From contig DASXTI010000097.1 of assembly GCA_036505535.1 (NCBI GenBank), positions 1 through 63,688 on the forward strand: 63,688 nt of DNA, given 5' to 3'. The notes under the pieces were generated by a model. The model did not search any database. It was not told the DNA's origin and saw only the letters and a list, made by a program, of their open reading frames with translations. A program made the translations under genes and the position numbers. Positions 17,414 through 26,100 of this stretch are shown one piece after another; positions within the stretch are counted from its first letter, which is position 1; every line of letters starts with the position of its first letter. The DNA is from Thermoanaerobaculia bacterium. GTDB lineage: Bacteria; Acidobacteriota; Thermoanaerobaculia; UBA5066; Gp7-AA6.

Positions 17414-18283
17414 ATGCGATCTCCCCGCCGCGTCGTCGCCGACTGGATCGTCCGCCGTCTCACGGAGCCGCGCAGGCGCTATCACCATTTCGTCTACAAC
17501 GTCCCCGAGAAGCTCAAGGCCACGATCCGGGCCGGCGACGTCCTGCTCGTCGACGGCGACCAGAGGATCTCGCAGGCCGTGAAGTATCTGACCATGTCGT
17601 CCTGGTCGCACAGCGCGCTCTACATCGGCGACGCGCTGCTGCGCCGCGACGCCGCGACCCGAGCCGACGTCCAGAGGCGGTTCGGGCGCGAGGCGAAACA
17701 CCTGATCGTGGAGGCGCTGGTCGAGAAGGGCGTCGTCGTCTCGCCCCTGATGAAGTACATCGACTACAACATCCGGATTTGCCGACCCGTGGGATTGAAG
17801 GCCGAGGATCTCGAGATCGTTCTCGACTACGTCATCGCACGGATCGGCTTACAATACGACCGGCGCAACTTCCTGGACCTCACCCGCTATAGTTTCCTGG
17901 ACCTCACGCGCTTTTTCCTCCCCTTTCAGATCATTCCGCAGGACCTGCGGGAGGACGCGCTTCATTTCGGCAGCGGCCGCGCGACCGAAACGATCTGTTC
18001 TTCGCTTCTGGCCGAAGCGTTCGGTCAGATCCGGTTTCCCATTCTGCCGGTTTCCGTGCGCCAGAAGCCGCGCACGCTCGGCGAAAAGCTTCGCCAGCAG
18101 ATCCTGGGCCGCCCGACGCGCCGCGCATACAGCGGCCTCCTGCGAGCGAGGCATCCGACCCTCTGCGTCCCGCGTGACTTCGACCTCTCCCCATACTTCG
18201 ACATCGTGAAGTTCAACGCACGCGAGATCGCCGCCTTCGATTACCGCCGGCTGACCTGGGAAGAGGTGAAGACGAGAGATTGA
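17414..18283 (+). CDS. YiiX-like permuted papain-fold (NlpC/P60 superfamily) protein
   Basis: 289 aa. The segment GDVLLVDGDQRISQAVKYLTMSSWSHSALYIG resembles the YiiX/lipo-like family. Assigned by motif memory only. Confidence 0.45.
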   Translation: MRSPRRVVADWIVRRLTEPRRRYHHFVYNVPEKLKATIRAGDVLLVDGDQRISQAVKYLTMSSWSHSALYIGDALLRRDAATRADVQRRFGREAKHLIVEALVEKGVVVSPLMKYIDYNIRICRPVGLKAEDLEIVLDYVIARIGLQYDRRNFLDLTRYSFLDLTRFFLPFQIIPQDLREDALHFGSGRATETICSSLLAEAFGQIRFPILPVSVRQKPRTLGEKLRQQILGRPTRRAYSGLLRARHPTLCVPRDFDLSPYFDIVKFNAREIAAFDYRRLTWEEVKTRD

Positions 18284-18355
18284 CGATTGGCAATTGACCG
18301 GGACTCACATCAATCGGCAATCTTCAATCGGCAATCGGCAATTTCACGATTCGGC
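18277..18355. repeat. heptamer-array hairpin H6 (GATTGAC/GATTGGC / CGGCAAT units)
   Basis: Left arm 18277-18299 agattgacgattggcaattgacc. Right arm 18308-18355. Positions 18310-18344 are identical to 8951-8985. Lies between convergent genes and contains both stop codons. Confidence 0.9.
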
Positions 18356-18715
18356 CGGACGACCTCCGGACAGAATCCCGTTGACCGCGGCGACCCGCTG
18401 CTCCAGAACGCGCCGCAGCTTGCCGACCTCGGCGTCGGAGGCGGCGAAGCGGACCGTATCGCCCTGGAACTCGAAGCGCAGGACCGCCTCGCGATCCTCG
18501 GGCAGCAGGCCCAGGAGACCGGCCCGGTACGCGCGCATCCACTCGGGAGAAGGCTCACCGTCCAAGCGAAGACGGAAGTAGGACTTTCCTTCCGTCGCCG
18601 GACCTTCGCGGTAGGGCTGATCGGGAGACAGCCAGACCCGGTGGGTGGGAGGAGCCTCCCCCGGACGACGGCGCATGGGACGGCGGTGCTGAGGACGTCT
18701 CATTGGCGACGGCAT
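18344..18715 (-). CDS. hypothetical protein downstream of the M16 peptidase pair
   Basis: C-terminal part of ORF 18344..18844. Candidate starts are ATG 18715, 18703 and 18676. No family recognised. Confidence 0.4.
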   Translation of the reverse strand: MPSPMRRPQHRRPMRRRPGEAPPTHRVWLSPDQPYREGPATEGKSYFRLRLDGEPSPEWMRAYRAGLLGLLPEDREAVLRFEFQGDTVRFAASDAEVGKLRRVLEQRVAAVNGILSGGRPAES

Positions 18716-18755
18716 TCTTTCATGTTCCGTGAGCGGGTTCCAAGCAAATCGAGAG

Positions 18756-20054
18756 CTAAAAGCTGCCCGCGCTAACGACCGTGAACGCTTCCGGCCGTAC
18801 CCGACGCGCGAAGGCGGCGTCGGCCTGCTCCTTGGTGACGGCATCGACTTCGGCGGAGAAACGGTCCAGGTACGACACTCCGAAGCCGTAATAGATCGCG
18901 GAATCGAGCGCGTGGGCGATGCCGCCGTTGGAAGCCAAATCGACTTTGAAGCGCCCGACGCGGGAGCTCTTTTCCTCGGCGAGCTCCTTCTCGGTGATGC
19001 CGCTCTTCAGAAACGATCCGATCTCGTCTAAGGTGGAGGCGATCGCGGCATCGCGGCTCTCCGGCTTGACCGTCACGCTGACGACGAACGGTCCCGCCAC
19101 GTGGGTGGCCGAGAAGCTCGAGTGGATTCCGTAGGTCAAGCCTTCCGTGTCGCGCACGCGCACGCCGAGGCGAGAGGTCAGCGAGGATTGTCCCAGCGCC
19201 GAGTTCGCGAGGAAGCAGGCGATGTAGTCCGGATCGGTTCGCTTCAGGTCCGCCGGCTGCGCCAGGATGACGTCCGCGCTCGCCTTGTCGGGCATGACGA
19301 CCGTCTCCTCGCCCGGCGCGGGCGCGGGCACCCCCACTTCCGAAATCGACGGCGAGGGACCGCTCTTCCACGTCTCCAGGTTCTTCTCGAGCCGATCGAG
19401 AACCCGCTCGGACTCGACGTCGCCGACGACGACGAGAATCAGGGAGCCGGCGCCATAGTGGGCCTCGTGGAAGGCGGCGAGCTCCTCGCGGCGGAGCGCC
19501 TCGACGCGCGCGATGCGTTCCTCCCCCGTGAGACGATGCAGCGGATGCGCGTTCGGATAGATCCGGCGCATCGCCTGCTCGTACGCCCGGATGGAGGTCT
19601 GATCCTGCTGCTGGCGGATGGCTCCGACCAGGCGTTTCTTCTCCTTGTCGAGCTCTTCCTCCGGAAAGACCGGTGTCTGGAGCACTTCCACGAGCGTGTC
19701 GAGGAGTAAGTCCGTATCGCGGGACAAGGCCGCCCCGGACACGTCCACTCCGACCGGGTCGGAGGCGTCGGACACGAACGATAGGCTTGCCGCCCGGCTC
19801 TCCAGGTCCTCGGCGAGCTGGAGCTTCGTGCGCCGCGTGGTCCCCTTCATCAGCTCGCCGGCGGTCAAAGAGGCGATGAGCCGGCGCTCGGACGGGGCGT
19901 ACAGTCGGCCGGCGTTCAAGGAGCCAGAGATCGCCAGCGTCGGATTGAAGTGATTCTCGACGACGTAGAGGCGCGCGCCGTTCTCGAGCGCTCGGTGGGC
20001 GACGATCTCGACGAACGGGAGCCGGCGGCGCACGGGTGTCGAGATCCCTGTCAT
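18756..20054 (-). CDS. M16-family peptidase, non-catalytic subunit type
   Basis: Start ATG 20054 overlaps the upstream stop (ATGA). Insulinase fold without an HxxEH motif. Confidence 0.8.
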   Translation of the reverse strand: MTGISTPVRRRLPFVEIVAHRALENGARLYVVENHFNPTLAISGSLNAGRLYAPSERRLIASLTAGELMKGTTRRTKLQLAEDLESRAASLSFVSDASDPVGVDVSGAALSRDTDLLLDTLVEVLQTPVFPEEELDKEKKRLVGAIRQQQDQTSIRAYEQAMRRIYPNAHPLHRLTGEERIARVEALRREELAAFHEAHYGAGSLILVVVGDVESERVLDRLEKNLETWKSGPSPSISEVGVPAPAPGEETVVMPDKASADVILAQPADLKRTDPDYIACFLANSALGQSSLTSRLGVRVRDTEGLTYGIHSSFSATHVAGPFVVSVTVKPESRDAAIASTLDEIGSFLKSGITEKELAEEKSSRVGRFKVDLASNGGIAHALDSAIYYGFGVSYLDRFSAEVDAVTKEQADAAFARRVRPEAFTVVSAGSF

Positions 20055-21433
20055 GCCTCCTCCTCTCCAGCGGCTTCCACCGAGTCGCCGCCGCCCGGCT
20101 TTGGAATGTAGAGGCCGACGGTCAGAGCGTCGTCGTGCAGGTAAGTCAGTACGGCGCGGCGCACGCCCTCCGGCGTGACTCTCCGGATCATCGACGGGTA
20201 ATCCGCGTACCATTGCCAATCCGCCACTGCGATCGCTTCGGAGAGCGAAGCGGCGATCTGATCGGTCGAGTCGCGGTCGAAGATCACCTCGGCCTCGATC
20301 TGCGTCCTAGCTTTTTCGCACTCGGCCTCGGTCACCGCGTCGGCGGCAACACGCGCGACTTCCCGCCGAATGATCGATTCGACCTCCGAGGTTTCCACAC
20401 CCGGCCGAACCGGCGCGAAGACCGAAAAGAGAGCCGGATCGCGCAGCTGCCACGGGACGACCGAGGCCGAGAGCGCCAGGCTCTTCTCGACCAAGGCCTG
20501 ATAGAGCCGCGAAGTGACGCCTCCGCCGAGGATGTTGCCGAGGACGGCGAGCGTCGGTGTGTCGGGATGGCGTGCCTCGATCGTCCGCCAGGAGAGCCCG
20601 CACCACGCGACCTGTCCGGCCCGGCGGACGACGAAGCGCCGCTCCCCTTCTTGCGGCGGCTCCACGGTGTACACCCTCGGGATCGGCCGCGCCGAGGGGG
20701 GAATTACGCCGAAGTGACGCGCGATCACGTCGAGCGCCTCCGCTTCCTCGAAGTCCCCGATGATCATCGCGGTCGCGTTGTTGGGTTGATAGAAGGTATC
20801 GTAGAACTCCCGCAGCCTTTCCGTCGTGACCTCTTCGATGTCGCTACGCCAACCGATCGTGGGATGGTGGTACGGGTGCTCGCGAAAGGCCGTGGCGAAG
20901 GTCAGCTTGTAGAGCACCTGGAAGGGGGAGTTCTCGCCCCGCTCGAACTCGTTGCGCACGACCGTCATTTCCGGCACGCGGTCCTCGTCCCGCAGAAGCG
21001 CCCTCCGCATGCGGGAAGCCTCGATCGAGACGGCGACCTCGAGGCGGTCGGATGGCAGCGTCTCGTAGTAGTTGGTTCGGTCGAACCAAGTCGTGGCGTT
21101 GAAGCGGGCGCCGAGCGCCTCGAGAACCGCGGCGACCGCCGTCCCCTTTGCGCGCTCGAACTCCGGCGTGCCCTTGAACATGAGGTGCTCGAGTAAGTGC
21201 GTGGCTCCCGTGTGGCCGACCGCCTCGTTGCGGCTGCCGACCTGGTAGACGACCGCGAAGGTCGCAACCGGCGCGACCCGGTTCTGCAGAAGAAGAAGGC
21301 TCAAGCCGTTGGACGCGAGGCGGAACTCCCGGATGCCCGCCTTCTCTCTGACAAACTCGAAGGCATCCGTATTTTGGATTTTGGATTTTGGATTTTGGAT
21401 TGGGGCGTCGGACGGCAGGCTCTCGGATTTCAA
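20051..21433 (-). CDS. M16-family zinc peptidase (pitrilysin-like), catalytic subunit type
   Basis: HxxEH motif in GATHLLEHLMFKGT. TTG start at 21433, 6 nt after the upstream stop. Codons 11-22 are encoded by heptamer array H7, so the true start is uncertain. Confidence 0.8.
   Translation of the reverse strand: MKSESLPSDAPIQNPKSKIQNTDAFEFVREKAGIREFRLASNGLSLLLLQNRVAPVATFAVVYQVGSRNEAVGHTGATHLLEHLMFKGTPEFERAKGTAVAAVLEALGARFNATTWFDRTNYYETLPSDRLEVAVSIEASRMRRALLRDEDRVPEMTVVRNEFERGENSPFQVLYKLTFATAFREHPYHHPTIGWRSDIEEVTTERLREFYDTFYQPNNATAMIIGDFEEAEALDVIARHFGVIPPSARPIPRVYTVEPPQEGERRFVVRRAGQVAWCGLSWRTIEARHPDTPTLAVLGNILGGGVTSRLYQALVEKSLALSASVVPWQLRDPALFSVFAPVRPGVETSEVESIIRREVARVAADAVTEAECEKARTQIEAEVIFDRDSTDQIAASLSEAIAVADWQWYADYPSMIRRVTPEGVRRAVLTYLHDDALTVGLYIPKPGGGDSVEAAGEEEA
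21369..21405. repeat. single-arm heptamer array H7 (ATTTTGG x4)
   Basis: gtattttggattttggattttggattttggattgggg. No inverted partner within about 100 nt. Confidence 0.9.
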
Positions 21434-21439
21434 ACGCGG

Positions 21440-22252
21440 CTACCTTCCGCCCGCGATGTCCTCGGCGCCGTCGACGCCGATCACGTTGCCGCTGACCCAC
21501 CCCACGGAGTCCCCGCACAGCGCCACGAGCGCGTTGGCGACGTCCGAGGGAGAAGTCAGCCGGCCCGCCGGGTGCATCGCGAGGACGCGCGCGATCATCG
21601 CCTCGTTGCCCGGAATCTTCCGAAGCGCCGGCGTATCCGTCACACCGGCGCGCAGCGCGTTGACCGCGACCTTGTGCGGCGCGAGCTCAACGGCCAGTTG
21701 TCGAACGTACGACTCGAGCGCCGACTTGGCGGCGGAGACGGCGCCGTAGGCAGGCCAGACGATGTGGTCGCCCGCGGAGGTCATGGCAAAAATATGGGCG
21801 CCGGGGGCGAGCAGCTTGCCAAAGAAGAGATCTTGAGTCCAGTAGACCAGCGAATTCGCCATGACGTCCAGAGTCATCTCGATCTGAGGCTTCGCGATGG
21901 CCTTCTCCCGCGGTTCGGCGAAGAAAGGCTTGAGCGTGCCGAAAGCGAGCGAGTGAAGAAGGACCGATACGCGCGACTCGGGCGGTTCGCTCCCGCACGC
22001 CTGCCGGATCGCCGCGACGACCTCGGCGCGCTTGGCGTCGTCGGCCGCGTTGACGTTGAAGAACTCGGCGTGGCGCCCGGACGCTCGGATCTCGCCCACG
22101 ATGCGGTCGACGTTGGGCTGAGTGGCCTTGCGGTCGAGGTGCACGCCAAAGACGTTCCAGCCCGCGTTCGCGAGAGCGAGGGAGCAAGCCTCCCCAAATC
22201 CCGAGGAGGCACCCAGGACCAGAGCCCAGCGGGTGCGCGTTTCGGCTGCCAA
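21440..22252 (-). CDS. SDR-family oxidoreductase (FabG/FabL-like)
   Basis: ALVLGASSGFGEA cofactor motif and YGAVSAAKSAL catalytic Y-x3-K. The track ORF extends to 22363 through repeat H8. I prefer TTG 22252 (M-AAETRTRWALVLG), but the start is uncertain. Confidence 0.65.
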   Translation of the reverse strand: MAAETRTRWALVLGASSGFGEACSLALANAGWNVFGVHLDRKATQPNVDRIVGEIRASGRHAEFFNVNAADDAKRAEVVAAIRQACGSEPPESRVSVLLHSLAFGTLKPFFAEPREKAIAKPQIEMTLDVMANSLVYWTQDLFFGKLLAPGAHIFAMTSAGDHIVWPAYGAVSAAKSALESYVRQLAVELAPHKVAVNALRAGVTDTPALRKIPGNEAMIARVLAMHPAGRLTSPSDVANALVALCGDSVGWVSGNVIGVDGAEDIAGGR

Positions 22253-22284
22253 AGCGGCGGGAATCTTAGCAGGAGTCAGGAGAA

Positions 22285-22388
22285 GAGATTGGTGATTTGT
22301 GATTGGCGATTTGTGATCGTGGCGAATGAGGTAATGCCTTGGCATTTTCGCCTTGATCAGCAATCACCAATCTCCAATCACCAATTCC
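22285..22388. repeat. heptamer-array hairpin H8 (GATTTGT/GATTGGY / CAATCAC units) in a divergent spacer
   Basis: Left arm 22285-22319 gagattggtgatttgtgattggcgatttgtgatcg. Right arm 22355-22388 gatcagcaatcaccaatctccaatcaccaattcc. The loop contains a nested hairpin ggcgaa..aatgcc-tt-ggcatt..ttcgcc. Confidence 0.9.
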
Positions 22389-22406
22389 TCTAGACTCCGC
22401 CCAACA

Positions 22407-24062
22407 GTGATCGGAGCCGCGAACGCGAAGTCGCCCCGGGACGAGCGGATTCTCTCGGCCGCGCTTCTTCTCCTTCTCGCGGTCGTCTGGCTCGAGCCGG
22501 CGGGCTCGGGGCTCGCCGAGCCGGACGAGACGCGATACGCCGAGATCCCCCGAGAAATGCTCGCCGCTGGAGACCTGCTCGTTCCGCGCCTGAACGGCGT
22601 TCCGTACTTCGAGAAGCCCCCGTTGCTCTACTGGCTCAATGCCGCGTCGCTGCGTTCCTTCGGGCAGACGCCCTGGGCGGCGCGACTGCCGACCCGCTGC
22701 GCGAGCCTTGGCACCACGCTTCTCGTCATCCTCGCCGCCGCGCGGAGGATGGGGCGCCGCGGCGGCCTCTCCGCGGGAATTCTCTTTCTCGCCAGCCCGA
22801 TGGGGTTTCTGTTCTCCCGTGCGAATTTGACCGACGGCCTCCTGACTTTTTTCTTCACCGCGACCGTGCTCGCCGGGAATGCGGCGGTCCGCGGGCGCGA
22901 GGCGGGACATCACTGGAAGCTCGCGGCGGCCGCGGCAGGCGCCGGCGCCGCAGGAGCCTTCCTCTCCAAGGGGCTCATCGGCCTCGTCCTGCCGGGACTG
23001 ATACTGCTCCTGTGGTGTCTCGCCACCGGCCGCTTCGTCCATTTCATACCGACATTTCTCTTTTCCTCCGCTCTTCCGGTCTTTCTCGGACTGTCGGTTC
23101 CCTGGTTTCTTCTCGTCGAGAGCCGCCACCCCGGGTTCCTACAGTTCTTCTTCGTCCAAGAGCACTTTCAGAGGTTCGCCACGACGGCGGCCAAACGCCC
23201 CGGCCCGATCTTCTACTTCGTTCCCGTGTTTCTTCTGGGCTTCCTGCCCGGGCTTCCGTTCTTTTTCTCGGCGGTCAAACGCTTCCGCGGCGCCCGCCGG
23301 GAGGACGAGGATCTCCTCTTCCTTCTTCTCTGGTTCGCGGTCGTCTTCGTCTTCTTCTCGCTATCGAGAAGCAAGCTGCCCCCCTACCTGTTTCCGGCGA
23401 TACCGGCGGCGGCGGCCCTCTCCGCCCGCGGCATTCCGGTGCCGGAAGGAGGCTCGCGCCGTCTCTGGAGCATTCAGGCGATTCTCGCCACGGCGCTCGT
23501 TCTGGGCATCCTGGCGCACCCGGGTCTGCGCGCGTCGATGGCGAAGCTCCATTTGGGCACGATTCTGATACCGACTCTTGCCGGTCTTCTCGCGGGCTCC
23601 TGGATCGCGGCGGTTCTGGCGCGCCGCGGGACGGCTCTCGCGCTCGCGGCAGTCGCCGCCGGATGGGCGAGTCTGCTCGCCGGCGTGGCTCTCGGCTGGC
23701 CGAAACTCCCTCAGGCGAAGTTTACGGCGGAGCTCGCAGCCGCCGCGCAGTCGGCCGCCGTCCCGCGCGGCGCTCCGATCGTGGCATACCGCGACTACGT
23801 CAACGGGATCTCATGGGAGCTCAAGAGTCCGATCCCGGTCGCCGCCTACCGCGGCGAGCTCGAGCCGGAGTTCGAAGAGCATTCCGCCGTGCGCGAGGCG
23901 CTCTTCTGGTCCGATGAGACGTTCTGGGCGAGCTGGGGCAGCCGGCCCCTGGTCGCTCTCGTCCGGACGAAGGACCTCTCGACGTTTGCGCGAGCCGTCC
24001 CCGCCGCCCGCATCGTCCGTCAGGCCGAAGGGCACGCGATCGTGGCGAACTTCAGCGACTGA
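22407..24062 (+). CDS. glycosyltransferase family 39 (ArnT/PMT-like) membrane protein
   Basis: Motif EPDETRYAEIPREMLAAGDLLVPRLNGVPYFEKPPLLYW; polytopic. The track ORF starts at 22353, inside the repeat. GTG 22407 is a possible start. Confidence 0.8.
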   Translation: MIGAANAKSPRDERILSAALLLLLAVVWLEPAGSGLAEPDETRYAEIPREMLAAGDLLVPRLNGVPYFEKPPLLYWLNAASLRSFGQTPWAARLPTRCASLGTTLLVILAAARRMGRRGGLSAGILFLASPMGFLFSRANLTDGLLTFFFTATVLAGNAAVRGREAGHHWKLAAAAAGAGAAGAFLSKGLIGLVLPGLILLLWCLATGRFVHFIPTFLFSSALPVFLGLSVPWFLLVESRHPGFLQFFFVQEHFQRFATTAAKRPGPIFYFVPVFLLGFLPGLPFFFSAVKRFRGARREDEDLLFLLLWFAVVFVFFSLSRSKLPPYLFPAIPAAAALSARGIPVPEGGSRRLWSIQAILATALVLGILAHPGLRASMAKLHLGTILIPTLAGLLAGSWIAAVLARRGTALALAAVAAGWASLLAGVALGWPKLPQAKFTAELAAAAQSAAVPRGAPIVAYRDYVNGISWELKSPIPVAAYRGELEPEFEEHSAVREALFWSDETFWASWGSRPLVALVRTKDLSTFARAVPAARIVRQAEGHAIVANFSD

Positions 24063-24067
24063 TCAGC

Positions 24068-24095
24068 AGATATATAAGTATTTACTTATGTATCT
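24068..24095. terminator. AT-rich hairpin between convergent genes
   Basis: agatatataagta-tt-tacttatgtatct forms a 13-bp stem with one T.G position. It is an AT-rich island in GC-rich DNA. There is no U-tract, so a terminator role is inferred. Confidence 0.45.
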
Positions 24096-24103
24096 CGGCC
24101 GAG

Positions 24104-24134
24104 CCCAATCCAAAATCTAAAATCCAAAATCAGG
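24104..24134. repeat. single-arm heptamer array H9 (AATCCAA/AATCTAA)
   Basis: cccaatccaaaatctaaaatccaaaatcagg. It is the complement type of H2/H7 and has no G-rich partner. It overlaps the stop of the VWA gene. Confidence 0.85.
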
Positions 24135-26025
24135 GAATGTATCCCTTGATCGTCCTCGCCGTGATCCCCGGCTTCGCAACGGCCACATTGACCGCGCGAT
24201 ATTCGCCGTCGGGCTTTTGCGAATCGGTACGGAAGGCCAGGATGTACTGGGAGCGCAGCTCCTCCTCGATGCGTTGCGTGACCTCGCGGATCTTCGCCGC
24301 GCTCCCGAGGTGGAAGACCTCTCCGCCGGACTCGCGGGCGATCTCGTTGATCGCCTTGCGGATTCCGAAGTCCGTGATCGGAATTCCGACCGCGATGAAG
24401 TAGATCGGCGAACCGGCCGAGCGCGCGTAGCGCAACAGCGTGCCGTAGTCGATGTGGGAGTGGTTGTCCGCGCCGTCCGTAACGACGACCAGCGCCTTGC
24501 GCCCCTGAAGCGTGCGGAACTGGTAGAGGCCCAGCACGATCGAGTCGTAGAGCGCGGTCGCGCCCCGGGCCTGCGACTCGCGCGCCGCGCGCTGCAGCGC
24601 CGTCGATTCTCCCGTCAGCTCTTGGAGAAAGCGCGGCTGCTCCCGGAACTCGATGACGAAGCCTTTGTCCTTTTCCCGGATCAGGCTCTTGAACAGCTCG
24701 GCGGACGCCTCGTGCACGAACGGCATCGACTTTTCCATCGAGCCCGACCCATCCACGACGAGACCGATCGTCAGTGGCAGCTTCTCGGCGACTTCGAAGC
24801 CGGTGACCTTCTGCGGGCGTCCGTCCTCCTGCACCGAAAAGTCCGTCTCAGACAGTCCCTTGACGAAATGGCCGTCCTTGTCGAGAGCAGAGATGTGGAG
24901 CTGCACGACGTCCACCCGCACGCTCTCGATCGTCGTGTTCGCCCCTTTCAGATATCGGATGTCGTTGGCCTCTCTGCCGTCCTCGGCGATGGCCGTCGCC
25001 CTCAGGTAGCTCGATTTCGAATAGTCCGTGAAGGGAATCGTCACCTCGTACGGTCCCGACGAGGAGGTCCAGCTCTTGACCTTCTTATCATCGAGGAAGA
25101 GCTCCACGAGCTTCGCGACGCCGCCCGCGATCGACTGGACCGCAATCTTCACTCGGACCTTTCCGGCAGAGGGATCCGGCTGCGGCAGGATCTTGACCGC
25201 CAGGCGGGCGTTGCCCTGGTTGATCGCCCAGGCATCCTCGTCGATGAGCCTCCCGCTCGAGTCGTATCCGACGGCCCGTACCGTCTGCTTGCGCGGCAGG
25301 TCGCCGAGATCGATCTCGACGGAGTAGGGGGGCTTGGTCCGGCGCACGAGCAGCTTGTCTTCCAGATAGAACTCGACTTTCGTGATCGGAGGCAGCACTT
25401 CCGCCTCCAGACGCAGCAGACCGATCGGCGCCTCGCGCGAGGGGGGCAGGATCTTCAGCCGGGGCTCTTCCGCCGAGGCCGCGGCGCCGCCGGCCTCGTC
25501 CGCGATGACGACGGCTTCGGCGGAAGGAAGGGTGCTCGCTTCGGAGGGCGCCATGTCGGGCGAGAAAGGCGTGCCGACTTCGGGAACCGACAGATCGATG
25601 GCCGCTTCGCCCACCGGGCGGCCGCCGGGAGCCGCGAGGATGAGCTTGAGCTTGTAGGAGCCGGGCTGGATCGCCCGGAGGAATGCGTATTGGAAGGTCA
25701 CCCTTTCGCCCACATCGCCCGAGACCGGGTACTTGAAGGCTTCGACCATCTGCTCGCCGCGAGTGAAGCTCCCCTGCAGCTCGCCCGAGAAGCTCCGCAG
25801 GCCGCGTTTGGCCGCCGCCATGGACAGCTCGGGCGCCGCGAGGCGGATTCGGACGACGGTCTTCACGCCCGCCATGCCGAGATACTCCGCGGTCACGTAG
25901 AGCGGGAACTGTCCGCCCGCCGTCGAGAGGTCCGTCTGCTGCGTCTGCATCTGAGCGAAGCTCACCGCCGGAAACACGAGCGCCAGAGCCAGCACGACGA
26001 CCGGTAGAGGAGATCGGGATCTCAT
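24130..26025 (-). CDS. secreted VWA-domain protein (acidobacterial VWFA-related type)
   Basis: Start ATG 26025 (MRSRSPLPVVVLALALVFPAVSFAQ signal). C-terminal VWA domain with MIDAS-like VVDGSGSM. Confidence 0.8.
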   Translation of the reverse strand: MRSRSPLPVVVLALALVFPAVSFAQMQTQQTDLSTAGGQFPLYVTAEYLGMAGVKTVVRIRLAAPELSMAAAKRGLRSFSGELQGSFTRGEQMVEAFKYPVSGDVGERVTFQYAFLRAIQPGSYKLKLILAAPGGRPVGEAAIDLSVPEVGTPFSPDMAPSEASTLPSAEAVVIADEAGGAAASAEEPRLKILPPSREAPIGLLRLEAEVLPPITKVEFYLEDKLLVRRTKPPYSVEIDLGDLPRKQTVRAVGYDSSGRLIDEDAWAINQGNARLAVKILPQPDPSAGKVRVKIAVQSIAGGVAKLVELFLDDKKVKSWTSSSGPYEVTIPFTDYSKSSYLRATAIAEDGREANDIRYLKGANTTIESVRVDVVQLHISALDKDGHFVKGLSETDFSVQEDGRPQKVTGFEVAEKLPLTIGLVVDGSGSMEKSMPFVHEASAELFKSLIREKDKGFVIEFREQPRFLQELTGESTALQRAARESQARGATALYDSIVLGLYQFRTLQGRKALVVVTDGADNHSHIDYGTLLRYARSAGSPIYFIAVGIPITDFGIRKAINEIARESGGEVFHLGSAAKIREVTQRIEEELRSQYILAFRTDSQKPDGEYRAVNVAVAKPGITARTIKGYIP

Positions 26026-26100
26026 GCTGAGTTGACGAACCCCAAAACGAGACCCCGGAATTCCCGTCACGGCGGCCGCGGGCGGAGACAAGCCCCACCC

